A stretch of DNA of 20,000 nucleotides from Vicugna vicugna. Taxonomy: Eukaryota. This document shows, in pieces, positions 10,779-20,000 of the stretch (positions are counted from its first letter, which is position 1; each line of letters starts with the position of its first letter). Under the pieces are notes generated by a model. That model had not been told where the DNA came from. It did no database searches and saw nothing but the letters and a program-made list of their open reading frames with translations. The translations under genes and the position numbers were made by a program. The stretch is taken from positions 133,481 through 153,480 of the forward strand of contig MU057666.1 in NCBI GenBank assembly GCA_013265495.1, read 5' to 3'.

Positions 10779-12639
10779 ACAGGCCAATATCATTGATGAA
10801 TATAAATGTAAAAATCCTCAGTGAAACATTAGCAAACAGAATCCAACAGCACATTAAAAAGTCATACACCATGATAAAATTGGATTCATTCCAGGGACAC
10901 AAGTGTTGTTCAATACATGGAAATCAATGTGATACACCACATCAGTGAAAGGAAGGACAAAAATCACATGATCATCTCAATCGATGCAGAAAAAGCATTT
11001 GATAAAATTCAACACCCATTTATGATAAAAACTCGTACCAAACTTGGTATAGAGGGAACATATTTCAACATAATAAAAGCTATTTATGACAATACACAGC
11101 CAGCATGATACTCAATGGTGAAAACCTGAAAGTCTTCCCACTAAAATCTGGAACAAGACAAGAATGCACACTCTCACCACTTCTATTCAACATAATCTTG
11201 GAAGTCCTAGACACAGCAATCAGGCAAGAAAAAGAAATAAAAGGGATCCAAAATAGAAGAGAAGAGGTAAAATTGCCAGTATATGCAGATGACATGATAC
11301 TATATACAGAAAACCCTAAAAGTTCCGCACAAAAACTACTAGAGCTGATAAAGGAATTCAGCAAGGTAGCAGGATACAAGATTAACATGCAGAAATCAGT
11401 TGCATTTCTTTATACTAACAATTAAACAGTAGGAAAAGAAAGTAAAGGAACAATCACTTTTAAAATCCAAAACAATAAAATGCTTAGAAATAAATCTGAC
11501 CAAGGAGGTGAAAGACTTATACATGGAGAACCACAGAACATTTATTAAGGAAATTAAAGATGACTTAAGGAAATGGAAGATAGCCCATGCTTTTGGATTG
11601 GAAGACTCAATACTGTTAAAATGGTCATACTGCCCAAGGCAATCTACAGATTAATGTGAGCCCTATCAAATTACCCAGGACAGTTTTTATTTTTATAGAG
11701 ACAGAACAAATATTCCTAAAATTTATATGGAATCACAAAAGACCCAGAATTGCCAAAGCAATATTGAAGAAAAACAATGAAACTGGAGGAATAACTCTTC
11801 CAGACTTCAGACAATACTAGAGAGCTACTGTAATCAAAACAGCATGGCATTGGCATAAAAACAGACATGTGGATCAATGGAACAGAATAGAGACCCCAGA
11901 AATAAATCCACAGACCTATGGTCAGCTAATCTGCAACAAATGAGGCAAGAATATAAAATGGACAAAAAACAGCCTTTTCAGCAAGTGGTGTTGTAAAACT
12001 GGACAGCAGCATGCAAATCAATGAAGTTAGAACATCCCCTCACATCATACACAAAAATAAGCTCAAAAATGGCTTAAAGACCTAAATATAAGACAAAACA
12101 TGATAAACTTCCTAGAAGAAAACATAGGCAAAACATCCTCTGACATAAATCTTAGCAATGTTTTCCTAGGGCAGTCTACCCAGGCAATAGAGCAAAAATA
12201 AACAACTTGGACCTAGTTAAACTTAAAAGCATTTGCACAGCAAAGGAAACTATAAGCAAAACAAAACAACAGACTATGAGAAAGGAGAAAATATTTGCAA
12301 GTGATGCAACTGACAAAGGCTTAATTTCCAGAATATATAAACATCTCATACAACTTAATAAGAAAAAACAAACAACCCAATCCGAAAATGGACGGAAGAC
12401 CTAAAGAAACAATTCTCCAATGAAGACATATAAATGGCCAATAGGCACATGAAAAAATGTTCCGTTTTGCTAATTATCAGAGAAGTGCAAATCAAAACTA
12501 CAATGAGGTATCACCTCACACCATTCAGAATGGCCATCATTCAAAAGCCCACAAATGATAAATGCTGGAAAGGCTGTGGAGAAAAAGAAACACTCCTACT
12601 CTGCTAGTGGGAATGCAGTTTGTTGCAGCCATTATGGAA
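10779..12639 (+). mobile_element. LINE-1 ORF2 internal block (RT start to near C-terminus), no 3' UTR, disrupted
   Basis: Translations [52 protein letters not shown] and YADDMILY. Ends abruptly at GCAGCCATTATGGAA. Confidence 0.96.
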
Positions 12640-12659
12640 TTGAACTGAGATTACCAGAT

Positions 12660-12855
12660 TGGATTGTATCAATTACCAGGTTTAGTAAGAAGGAGGTGGC
12701 ATGAGGGAGGTAGTTTTGTGGTCCTGGTAATGTTCTATTTCTTAATCTGATTGCTCACTCCATAGGAATGTTTACTTTGTGAAAATCCATGCAGCTGTAC
12801 ACTTAAAATATTTGTGCATTTTTTTATGTATATTATACTTCAACACAAAAGTTTG
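12660..12855 (+). mobile_element. Ancient L1M-type (L1ME/MC-like) extreme 3' end
   Basis: CTGGTAATGTTCTATTTCTTAATCTG...TTTACTTTGTGAAAATCCATGCAGCTGTACACTTA...TGTATATTATACTTCAACACAAAAGTT is the typical old-L1 terminus. Confidence 0.7.
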
Positions 12856-13208
12856 CTTGAAAATTCTAGTGCCTCTGAACTTCCATGCACATTTTCAAGC
12901 AGAGGCATGACCCAGCGGGGGGCACTAGTGAGAAGCAAAAATCAATTTTAAAGAAATTTAAGATGCTACCTTTCTTCATACATTTGAGTACAGTGTGAGT
13001 AAATGTGTGATTTCATTTCATGTGCTGTCAATAAAGAAAGTAGGTCAAAAGATCCCGAGACCTGGAAGACTCTGCAGATACAGTGGCAGGGATACAATAA
13101 GAAAAAAACTTGGGCTAGTTCTATATTTAATACTCTCTAGAGAGATAAGTTCAATAGGATCGATTTCAGGTGACAGAAAATGAAGAAATCAGTCATCATA
13201 TCTGCATA

Positions 13209-13670
13209 CAAGCAAACCTTGGAGATAATGCAGGTTTGGTTTTAGACCAAGGCAATAAGGCAAGTCACACTGATTTTTCTGGTTTTTCAGTGTATATAAA
13301 AGTTATGCTTACACTAGACTGTAGTCTATTAAATGTGAAATAGCATTACACCTAAAAACAGTACTTTAATTTAAAATGCTTCATTGCTAAAACCTGCTAA
13401 GCATCATCTGAGCCTGGAGTAAGTCTTTACCTTTCTTCAGTGGTAACATCAAGGATTGCTTCATTACAGATCACACACACACAAATATAATAATAATGAA
13501 AGAAATTTGAAATATTGAGAGAATTACCAAAATGTGACACAAAGACATGAAGTGAGCAAATGCTGTTGGAAAAATTGTGCTGATAGACTTGTTCAATGCA
13601 GGGTTGCTGTAAACCTTCAATTTGCAAAAAATGCAGCATCTGTGAAGACCAATAATATGGGATACACCTG
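13209..13670 (+). mobile_element. Tigger1-derived non-autonomous DNA transposon (TcMar-Tigger internal deletion derivative)
   Basis: TA|CAAGCAAACCTTGGAGATAATGCAGGTTTGGTT ... GGGATACACCTG|TA: degenerate CAGGCATACCTC terminal inverted repeats with TA duplications at 13207-13208 and 13671-13672. Tigger1 subterminal sequence GAGAATTACCAAAATGTGACAC. No transposase. Confidence 0.85.
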
Positions 13671-14319
13671 TACTATCATACTATACATGTCAGTAGTTGA
13701 AATTCATTTCTTATATTTTATTGTTATTTTGTCATATTTTTGGAACTATCCCATAGTTTCCAATGTCCTTGGAGGTCTTAAATGAACTTTGTCTAAAATC
13801 TTCCCCAAACTGGCATTAGTCTCATTATATGGCAAGGTCTAGTGGAAAGGAGAAAAGAGAAGGAAGAAGGTGGGTCAGGTCTGTAGTTCTTAGCAGTTGT
13901 AAGGTGAACAACACAAAGGCTCAGGCTACTTCCTCACCAGTGAGATAATCCTCACATCTGACCACCCCTCAGCCTTGTGAGAATGAAGGACACTCCAACT
14001 GCACTTATGAGACACCACTTGGTGATTGCAGATCACCAAAGAAGACAGAATACGAGACAAGAAAGACAGCACATATACATGCTCTGTGACTCCATGGTAA
14101 CCTCATATTCCTGGGGTTTTGGAACTTTGATAGAAGGTCTAAAGAAGCAGTGTTGGTAATGTTAATGCTCAATTGGCCCCTGATTAATGATGCTTAATAA
14201 TCTGGGACACAAAGCGATGTGTCTATAAAATTGACTGTGCTAAGTAGAATTCAACTGTTCTGGGGATGATACAAGGAACGAGTGCAATAATCCTTTGTTT
14301 ACATTCAGCCTTGCACAAC

Positions 14320-14727
14320 TGTAGTTGACATTGGTTCATGTCTATGATTCCCTCCCTCCCACCACTTCAGGGCACACCCATAAATTCCAACTCCCAGCTC
14401 CTGTGTCACTGCGCTGGAGGGCTTTCTCTAGTGAGTGAGGCTGGTATTGCCTGCTCATGGAAGGGACTGGAAGGAGCACTCATTCAGTGTCTCATCTCCC
14501 TTGCCCCTGGAGAGACAGGACACTGAGTTGTGGGTTCTCTGTTGCCTCCCAGAGCTCTCCAGTGGGATTGAACACTAGTTACTCCAGTGGTAACTGGTTG
14601 ATACTGTTATGGGGTTGCTCCCTTTCTCTGTCCCACTTCTTGACTGTCCAGCCCACGTTTCCTTCACCTCTCAGATACACTAATTGCTGTCTTAGTGTCC
14701 ACCTCTGGGGGATCCCAAGCCAAGAAA
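14320..14727 (+). mobile_element. LTR16-like (ERVL) solo LTR
   Basis: Starts TGTAG. Contains CCCAGAGCTCTCCAGTGGGATT...CAGTGGTAACTGG and ends TGTCTTAGTGTCCACCTCTGGGGGATCCCAAGCCAAGAAA, matching the recalled LTR16 3' end (TGTCTCAGGGTCTGCTTCTGGGGGAACCCAAACTAAGACA). Confidence 0.7.
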
Positions 14728-15196
14728 ATGATGAACAAAGTTGGCTTCAATTTCTGACTCAAAGTTGGATTATTGCCTCATCACAATAGTAATTTCCTCT
14801 ACTGTCTTTGCTCTAGACCAAGAATCAAAGGAGATAAGACTGGGTTGGAAATGGGGTGCTAGTTTATCTTGGTTGATACATGCATATATTCACTCGCATG
14901 CTTTCTAAAATGAATTGTTATTGTTTAGCGTCATTTAGGTTGCTTCACTTTCCCAAAATACCAATTCTTTGGAACTCACTATAACCTCAAAGAAAGAACT
15001 TTAGAATTTAGAATGTGTTAAAGGTAACAAAGATGTTTGTTCCCTTAAGGAAAATAGATTTCCCAATGTATTGATTTATCAGGGAGGAATGAAATCATTT
15101 AAAAGATGAGATTCATTCTACTGTGCAATTCTTCTGTGTCTCCCATCCATCCTTCCCCACTTTCTTTCCCTTCCTTTTATCTCTCCACATTCTTTC

Positions 15197-15276
15197 TTTT
15201 TTTTAGAATTTTTTATTGATTTATACTCATTTTACAATGCTGTGTCAAATTCCAGTGTTCAGCACAATTTTTCAGT
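15197..15276 (-). mobile_element. Extremely 5'-truncated young LINE-1 (about 80 bp) with target-site duplication
   Basis: T-run plus L1 3' terminus, nearly identical to 15436-15517. Flanked by the direct repeat TCCACATTCTTTCTTTTTT starting at 15184 and 15276. Confidence 0.9.
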
Positions 15277-15435
15277 CCACATTCTTTCTTTTTTCTTTCT
15301 GTGGACTCCAACTTCCCACCTGACTTTAAGATAAATATCATACTCTCAGATACCAATAAGCCTTGCAAGGTTATTTCTTTTTGTTTTGTTTTTGTTTTTT
15401 TTTTTAGTACTCAGTTAATTAAAGACATTGGCTTC

Positions 15436-16776
15436 TTTTTTTTTGACATTTTTTATTGATTTATAATCATTTTACAATGCTGTGTCAAATTCCAGTGTTC
15501 AGCACAATTTTTCAGTCATTCATGGACATATACACACTCATTGTCACATTTTTTTTCTCTGTGATATATCATAATATTTTGTGCATATTTCCCTGTTCTA
15601 TACAGTGTAATCTTGTTTATCTATTCTACAATTTTGAAATCCCAGTCTATCCCTTCCCACCCTCTACCCCCCTGGTAACCACAAGTCTGTATTCTCTGTG
15701 AGTCTATTTCTGTCCTGTATTTATGCTTTGTTTTTGTTTGTTTTTGTTTTTGGTTTTTTTACATTCCACATATGAGTGATCTCATATGGTATTTTTCTTT
15801 CTCATTCTGGCTTACTTCACTTAGAATGACATCCTCTANNNNNNNNNNNNNNNNNNNNNNNNNNNNNNNNNNNNNNNNNNNNNNNNNNNNNNNNNNNNNN
15901 NNNNNNNNNNNNNNNNNNNNNNNNNNNNNNNNNNNNNNNNNNNNNNNNNNNNNNNNNNNNNNNNNNNNNNNNNNNNNNNNNNNNNNNNNNNNNNNNNNNN
16001 NNNNNNNNNNNNNNNNNNNNNNNNNNNNNNNNNNNNNNNNNNNNNNNNNNNNNNNNNNNGCATTTTTTCATGTGCTTTTTGATCATTTGTATGTATTCCT
16101 TGGAGAATTGCTTGTTTAGGTCTTCTGCCCATTTTTGGATTGGGTTGTTTATTTTTTTCTTATTGAGTCGTATGAGCTGCTTATATATTCTGGAGATCAA
16201 GACTTTGTCGGTTTCACTTGCAAAGATTTTCTCCCATTTCATAGGTTGTCATTTTGTTTTACTTCGGGTTTCCTTTGCTGTGCAGAAGCTTGTAAGTTTC
16301 ATTAGGTCCCATTTGTTTATTCTTGCTTTTATTTCTTCTAGGAGAAAATTTTTGAAATGTATGTCAGATAAAGTTTTGCCTACATTTTCCTCTGGGAGGT
16401 TTATTGTATCTTGTCTTATGTTTAAGTCTTTAATCCGTTTTGAGTTGATTTTTGTATATGGTGTAAGGGTGTGTTCTAGCTTCATTGTTTTACATGCTGC
16501 TGTCCAGTTTTCCCAACACCATTTGCTGAAGAGACTGTCTTTATTCCATTGCATACTCTTGCCTCTTTTGTCGAAGATGAGTTGACCAAAAGTTTGTGGG
16601 TTCATTTCTGGACTCTCTATTTTGTTCCATGGGTCTATATGTCTGTTTTGGTACCAATACCATGCAGTCTTGATGACTGTAGCTCTATAGTATTGTCTGA
16701 AGTCTGGGAGAGTTATTCCTCCAGCCTCTTTCTTTCTCTTCAGTAATGCTTTGGCAATTCTAGGTCTTTGATGGTT
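15436..16776 (-). mobile_element. Young 5'-truncated LINE-1 (3' UTR plus ORF2 C-terminal part), interrupted by an assembly gap
   Basis: Minus frame 16776-16249 is open for about 175 codons ([10 protein letters not shown]...[25 protein letters not shown]...KWCWENW). Poly-T at 15436. The 3' UTR differs from that of 1-2202. Confidence 0.96.
15839..16059. other. Assembly gap (221 N)
   Basis: Run of N in the sequence. Confidence 1.
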
Positions 16777-17312
16777 ACACATATTCATTCCTGATTTGTG
16801 CCAGTAACTCAAGTGAGAAAGAAAGAGATCAAAGTAATTTTTGTCTTAAGAGTGTGGATGAGTACAGAGATCACAGAGGTTGGTATTTGAGAACACAGTA
16901 AAATTCCCCTAAGAGAGTCAAACATTATTGATCATCCAGTACAACCCTGTTCAAAGAATGGAGCCATACACCTGTGAGGTCTTTGTTTTCCTAATGCTCA
17001 CAGGACTGTTGAACACTAAAGGGAAAGTTCAAACTAAAAATCAGAGTTAGAAAATCTCATCTCTAACTTTCAATTCTTTCTCAGCTTGAATATTATAACT
17101 TTATAGTGAGTAATGAGTCTTAAACATCCTCACAATATCTTTAGTTGTGAATGACTCAAATAACACAGAGAAAATCAGTATTTATTTTTTAGTAGACTAT
17201 TCACGATGCTGAAGTTCACTGTTAATGAATGGTGATATAAATCCATATTTCAAAGAGTCTTCTAATAATTTCAAAATTGTTCTATCCTTTTCTTTCAGTT
17301 AATTATATTTAC

Positions 17313-17462
17313 CTTTTTAAAATACCATTATTGTGGTATGGTTCTTGTATAGTAAACTACGCATATTTCAGATGTACATTGTGATGAATTTTGATAGATG
17401 TATACACCAATGAAACCACTACCACAATCAAGATTGCTAACATTTCCATAACTCCCCAAGAG
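17313..17462 (-). mobile_element. Ancient L1M-type extreme 3' end
   Basis: TTATTGTGGTATGG...TGATGAATTTTGATAGATGTATACACC..TGAAACCACTACCACAATCAAGAT...AACATTTCCATAACTCC, the antisense terminus typical of L1MB/MC. Confidence 0.75.
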
Positions 17463-17465
17463 GTG

Positions 17466-18760
17466 CAGTTTTCAAACTCCCAGTGTATCCCTTCCCACCC
17501 CCTTTACCCACTGGTAACCATAAGTTTGTTCTTTATGTCTGTGAGTCTGTAGATGAGTTTGTGTCATGTCCTTTTTTTTTAAAATTCCACATGTAAGTGA
17601 TATTATATGGTATTTTTCTTTCTCTTTCTGGCTATTTCACTTAGAATAATAATCTCTAGGGATATCTATGTTGCTGCAAATGGTATTATTTTATTCTTTT
17701 TATGACTGAGTAGTATTCTATTGTAAAAATATACCATGTCTTCTTTATCTAGTCATTTGTCCATGGACGTTTGGGTTGTCTCCATGTCTTGGCTATTGTA
17801 AATAGTGCTGTTGTGAACATTGGGGTGCATGTGCCTTTTTGAATTTTATTTTTCTCCAGATACATGCCCAGGAGTGGGGTTGCTGGATCATATGTTAAGT
17901 CTATTTTTAGTGTTTTAAGGAACTTCCATGCTGTCCTCCATAGTAGCTGCACCAACTTATATTCCCAACTGTGTAGGAGGGTTACTTTTTCTCCACACCC
18001 TCTCCAGCATTTATCATTTACATAATGTTGAATGATGGCCATTCTGACTGATGTGAGGTGATAATCTCATTATAGTTTTGATTTGCATTTCTCTAAAAAT
18101 TAGTGATGTTGAGCATTTTTTCTTGTGCTTGTTGGCTATCTGCATGTATTCTTTGGAGAGATGTCTATTTAGATCTTCTGCCCATTTTTTTATTGGGTTG
18201 CTTTTGCTTTTAATATTAAGATGTATGAGCTGTTTGTATATTTTAGAAATTAGTTCCTTGTCAGTTTCATCATTTGCAAATATTTTCTTCCATTCTGTAG
18301 GTTGTCTTTTTATTTTGTTGATGGTATCCTTAGCTGTGCAAAAGCTTTTAAGTTTAATTAGATCCCATTTGTTTATTTTTGCTTTTATTTCCATTACTCC
18401 AGAAGCTGGTTCAAAAAAATATATTACTATGATTTCTGTCTAAGTGTATTTTGCCTATGTTTTCCTCTAGGAATTTTACAGTATCCAGTCTTATATTTCA
18501 GTCTTTAGTCCTTTTTGTGTTCATTTTTTTATATAGTGTTAGAGAATTTCTAATTTCAGTATTTTACAGGCAGCTGTTCAGTTTTCCCAGCACCACTTAT
18601 TGAAGAGACTATCTTTTCTCCATTGTATATTTGTGCCTTTTTTGTTATAGAGTAATTGCCTGTAAGTGCATGGGTTTATTTCTGGACTTTTTATCCTGTT
18701 CCATTGATCTATGTGTCTGTTTTTGTGTCAGCATCATGCTGTTTTGATTACTATAGCTTT
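17466..18760 (-). mobile_element. LINE-1 fragment (ORF2 C-terminal third plus partial 3' UTR), intermediate age, truncated at both ends
   Basis: Minus ORFs 18014-18394 ([21 protein letters not shown]) and 17749-18042 (KCWRGCGEK...YDPATPLLG). Lacks a poly-A end. Confidence 0.93.
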
Positions 18761-19624
18761 AATCAGTACCTTTTTAAAACCAAAAATGTTTACTTTTCCC
18801 CATAATTGATTCACTTTTCTTATCTCTCCTACAAAAAAAAAAAGGTTTGTTATGTATGTTTGATTGATGGAGTGTTCTACTCAAATAATGAACACAAGGA
18901 GATTAAAGACCTTTAAAACTGTATTCAAAGTAGGTGAAAATAAAATATTCCAGTTCATGGAGGTTGTGGGAAATGCCATTTTCCACAAACACACTTATAT
19001 TAACACTTTAAAGCACAGGAAGACCTTAAAATCCAACCAAATGGATACTTCCCACAGTGTGGGACATGGTCTTCTCACCACAGGGACTGCAGATTCCTCA
19101 CTCAACAGAGGGCCTCTATGTGCTCAGTAGACTTAATAAACCCCAGCATTTTTGTCAGAGAGCTGGGCAAACACTCTCAAATGAGCAGGAGTATTAAGAC
19201 TTATTTTGCAAAGAAATAAAAATGCAGGCCATAAAAAGTCAGGATATGCTCACAGCAACAAAACAAACTATTCTATCACACATCTTGTTTTTATGATAAA
19301 TCCCTTTCCTATGGAAAACTTTGAGGTACTATGACCTCCATAAAATGCTAGCCCCCAATCCTCAGAACACTTAAGAACTCTGAGAATTCTAATTCCCTAT
19401 TGAATTTTACAAAAGATTTATGGGGTCATGGACCATGCCTCCTGATTCTGCAAAATACAGAGAAAACATCAACAGTAGCAACAAAAGCTCCCTCCTTTGT
19501 TTCTCAGTCCCACCCATTTTGAAAAGGTCTCTGACTTCTTCAAACATCAAACTGGATTATGTAGTAGGGAAAATTAGAGAAATTAGTATCTCTTTCTGGT
19601 ATTTGAGTTATAAAGAGGGGCCCA

Positions 19625-20000
19625 GAGAAGAGGCAAGATGGTGGAGTAGAAGGACACTCGTAAGTCACCCTCTCCCACAAATACACCAAGACCCAAATCT
19701 ACAGACCCACTCAGCCAACCAGAGCACCTGCAGAACTCCAACAGAACGTCGCCCTCTTCAAAAGATAAAGACGCCAAAAATCTGGTAGGATAAAAGGAAA
19801 AAAGAAAGAATAAAAGGCAAAGCAGCACAGGACGGGTCCCGCGGGGAGGGAGCGGCAAAGGAGGACTGGCGCTCGCTTGCTGGGTCTCCCCACTCCAACT
19901 GAGAGGCCAGCGGGATGGAGGGGGAGCCTCCAAGGCTCGGATCTGTACAGAGCAGCCCTTGTCTGACAGAACTAAGTTAAACGGGCACAGAGCGTCCCCC
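19625..20000 (+). mobile_element. LINE-1 5' UTR / internal promoter of an element with an intact 5' end, running off the window
   Basis: Purine-rich start followed by the YY1-like CAAGATGG(T)G at 19634-19643. Homologous to 10777-10410 (minus). Retains 14 CpG in 376 bp by hand count. Confidence 0.88.

Noticed and set aside
447..18443. Many 60-190 aa ORFs in the supplied track (e.g. 1115-1336, 1462-1794, 8754-9065, 11080-11388, 16070-16585, 18078-18443)
   Set aside because: They are antisense shadow frames or broken pieces of L1 ORF2; their mutual similarity reflects repeat homology, not a gene family. ORFs at 15772-16242 are inflated by the N gap.
19030..19560. Faint L2-like tail (19030-19140) and MIR-like fragment (19490-19560)
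   Set aside because: Similarity too degraded to support by eye.
19583..19933. Antisense frame in the L1 5' UTR open in both copies (SFEEGDVL...SFYSTIL, also 10633-10777), reminiscent of primate ORF0
   Set aside because: No ATG shared by the two copies (listed starts are TTG/GTG), and about 50 open codons in related GC-rich copies is expected by chance.
1..20000. CRISPR array, tRNA/rRNA genes, or an RT-associated defence or retron-type system
   Set aside because: No regularly spaced repeats or structural RNA genes are seen. All reverse transcriptase motifs belong to disrupted mammalian LINE-1 ORF2.

Overview
Mammalian genomic DNA dominated by interspersed repeats. The young L1 3' ends resemble camelid (alpaca/camel) L1 as I recall them; this species call is inference, not a search result. 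Roughly half the window is lineage-specific LINE-1 in several age classes: 1-2202 (+), a rearranged composite at 8305-12639, 15197-15276, 15436-16776 (containing a 221-N gap), 17466-18760, and the 5' UTR of an element starting near 19625. Older repeats include L1M-type 3' ends, L2, MIRs, an MLT1-like LTR, an LTR16-like solo LTR and a Tigger1 deletion derivative. The only clearly non-repeat functional-looking signal is a small CpG island at about 6660-6880 with GC boxes and a strong splice donor. It appears to grow out of the 3' half of an old MLT1 LTR, and I cannot name the gene. No intact protein-coding gene is supported: the listed ORFs are L1 ORF1/ORF2 remnants, antisense shadows of L1, or chance frames. 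I see no novel multi-gene system. The best leads are (i) two L1 copies about 11 kb apart sharing ORF2 frameshifts, (ii) a doubly internally deleted L1 that keeps both ends and is fused head-to-head with an ORF2 block, and (iii) the LTR-derived CpG island promoter.
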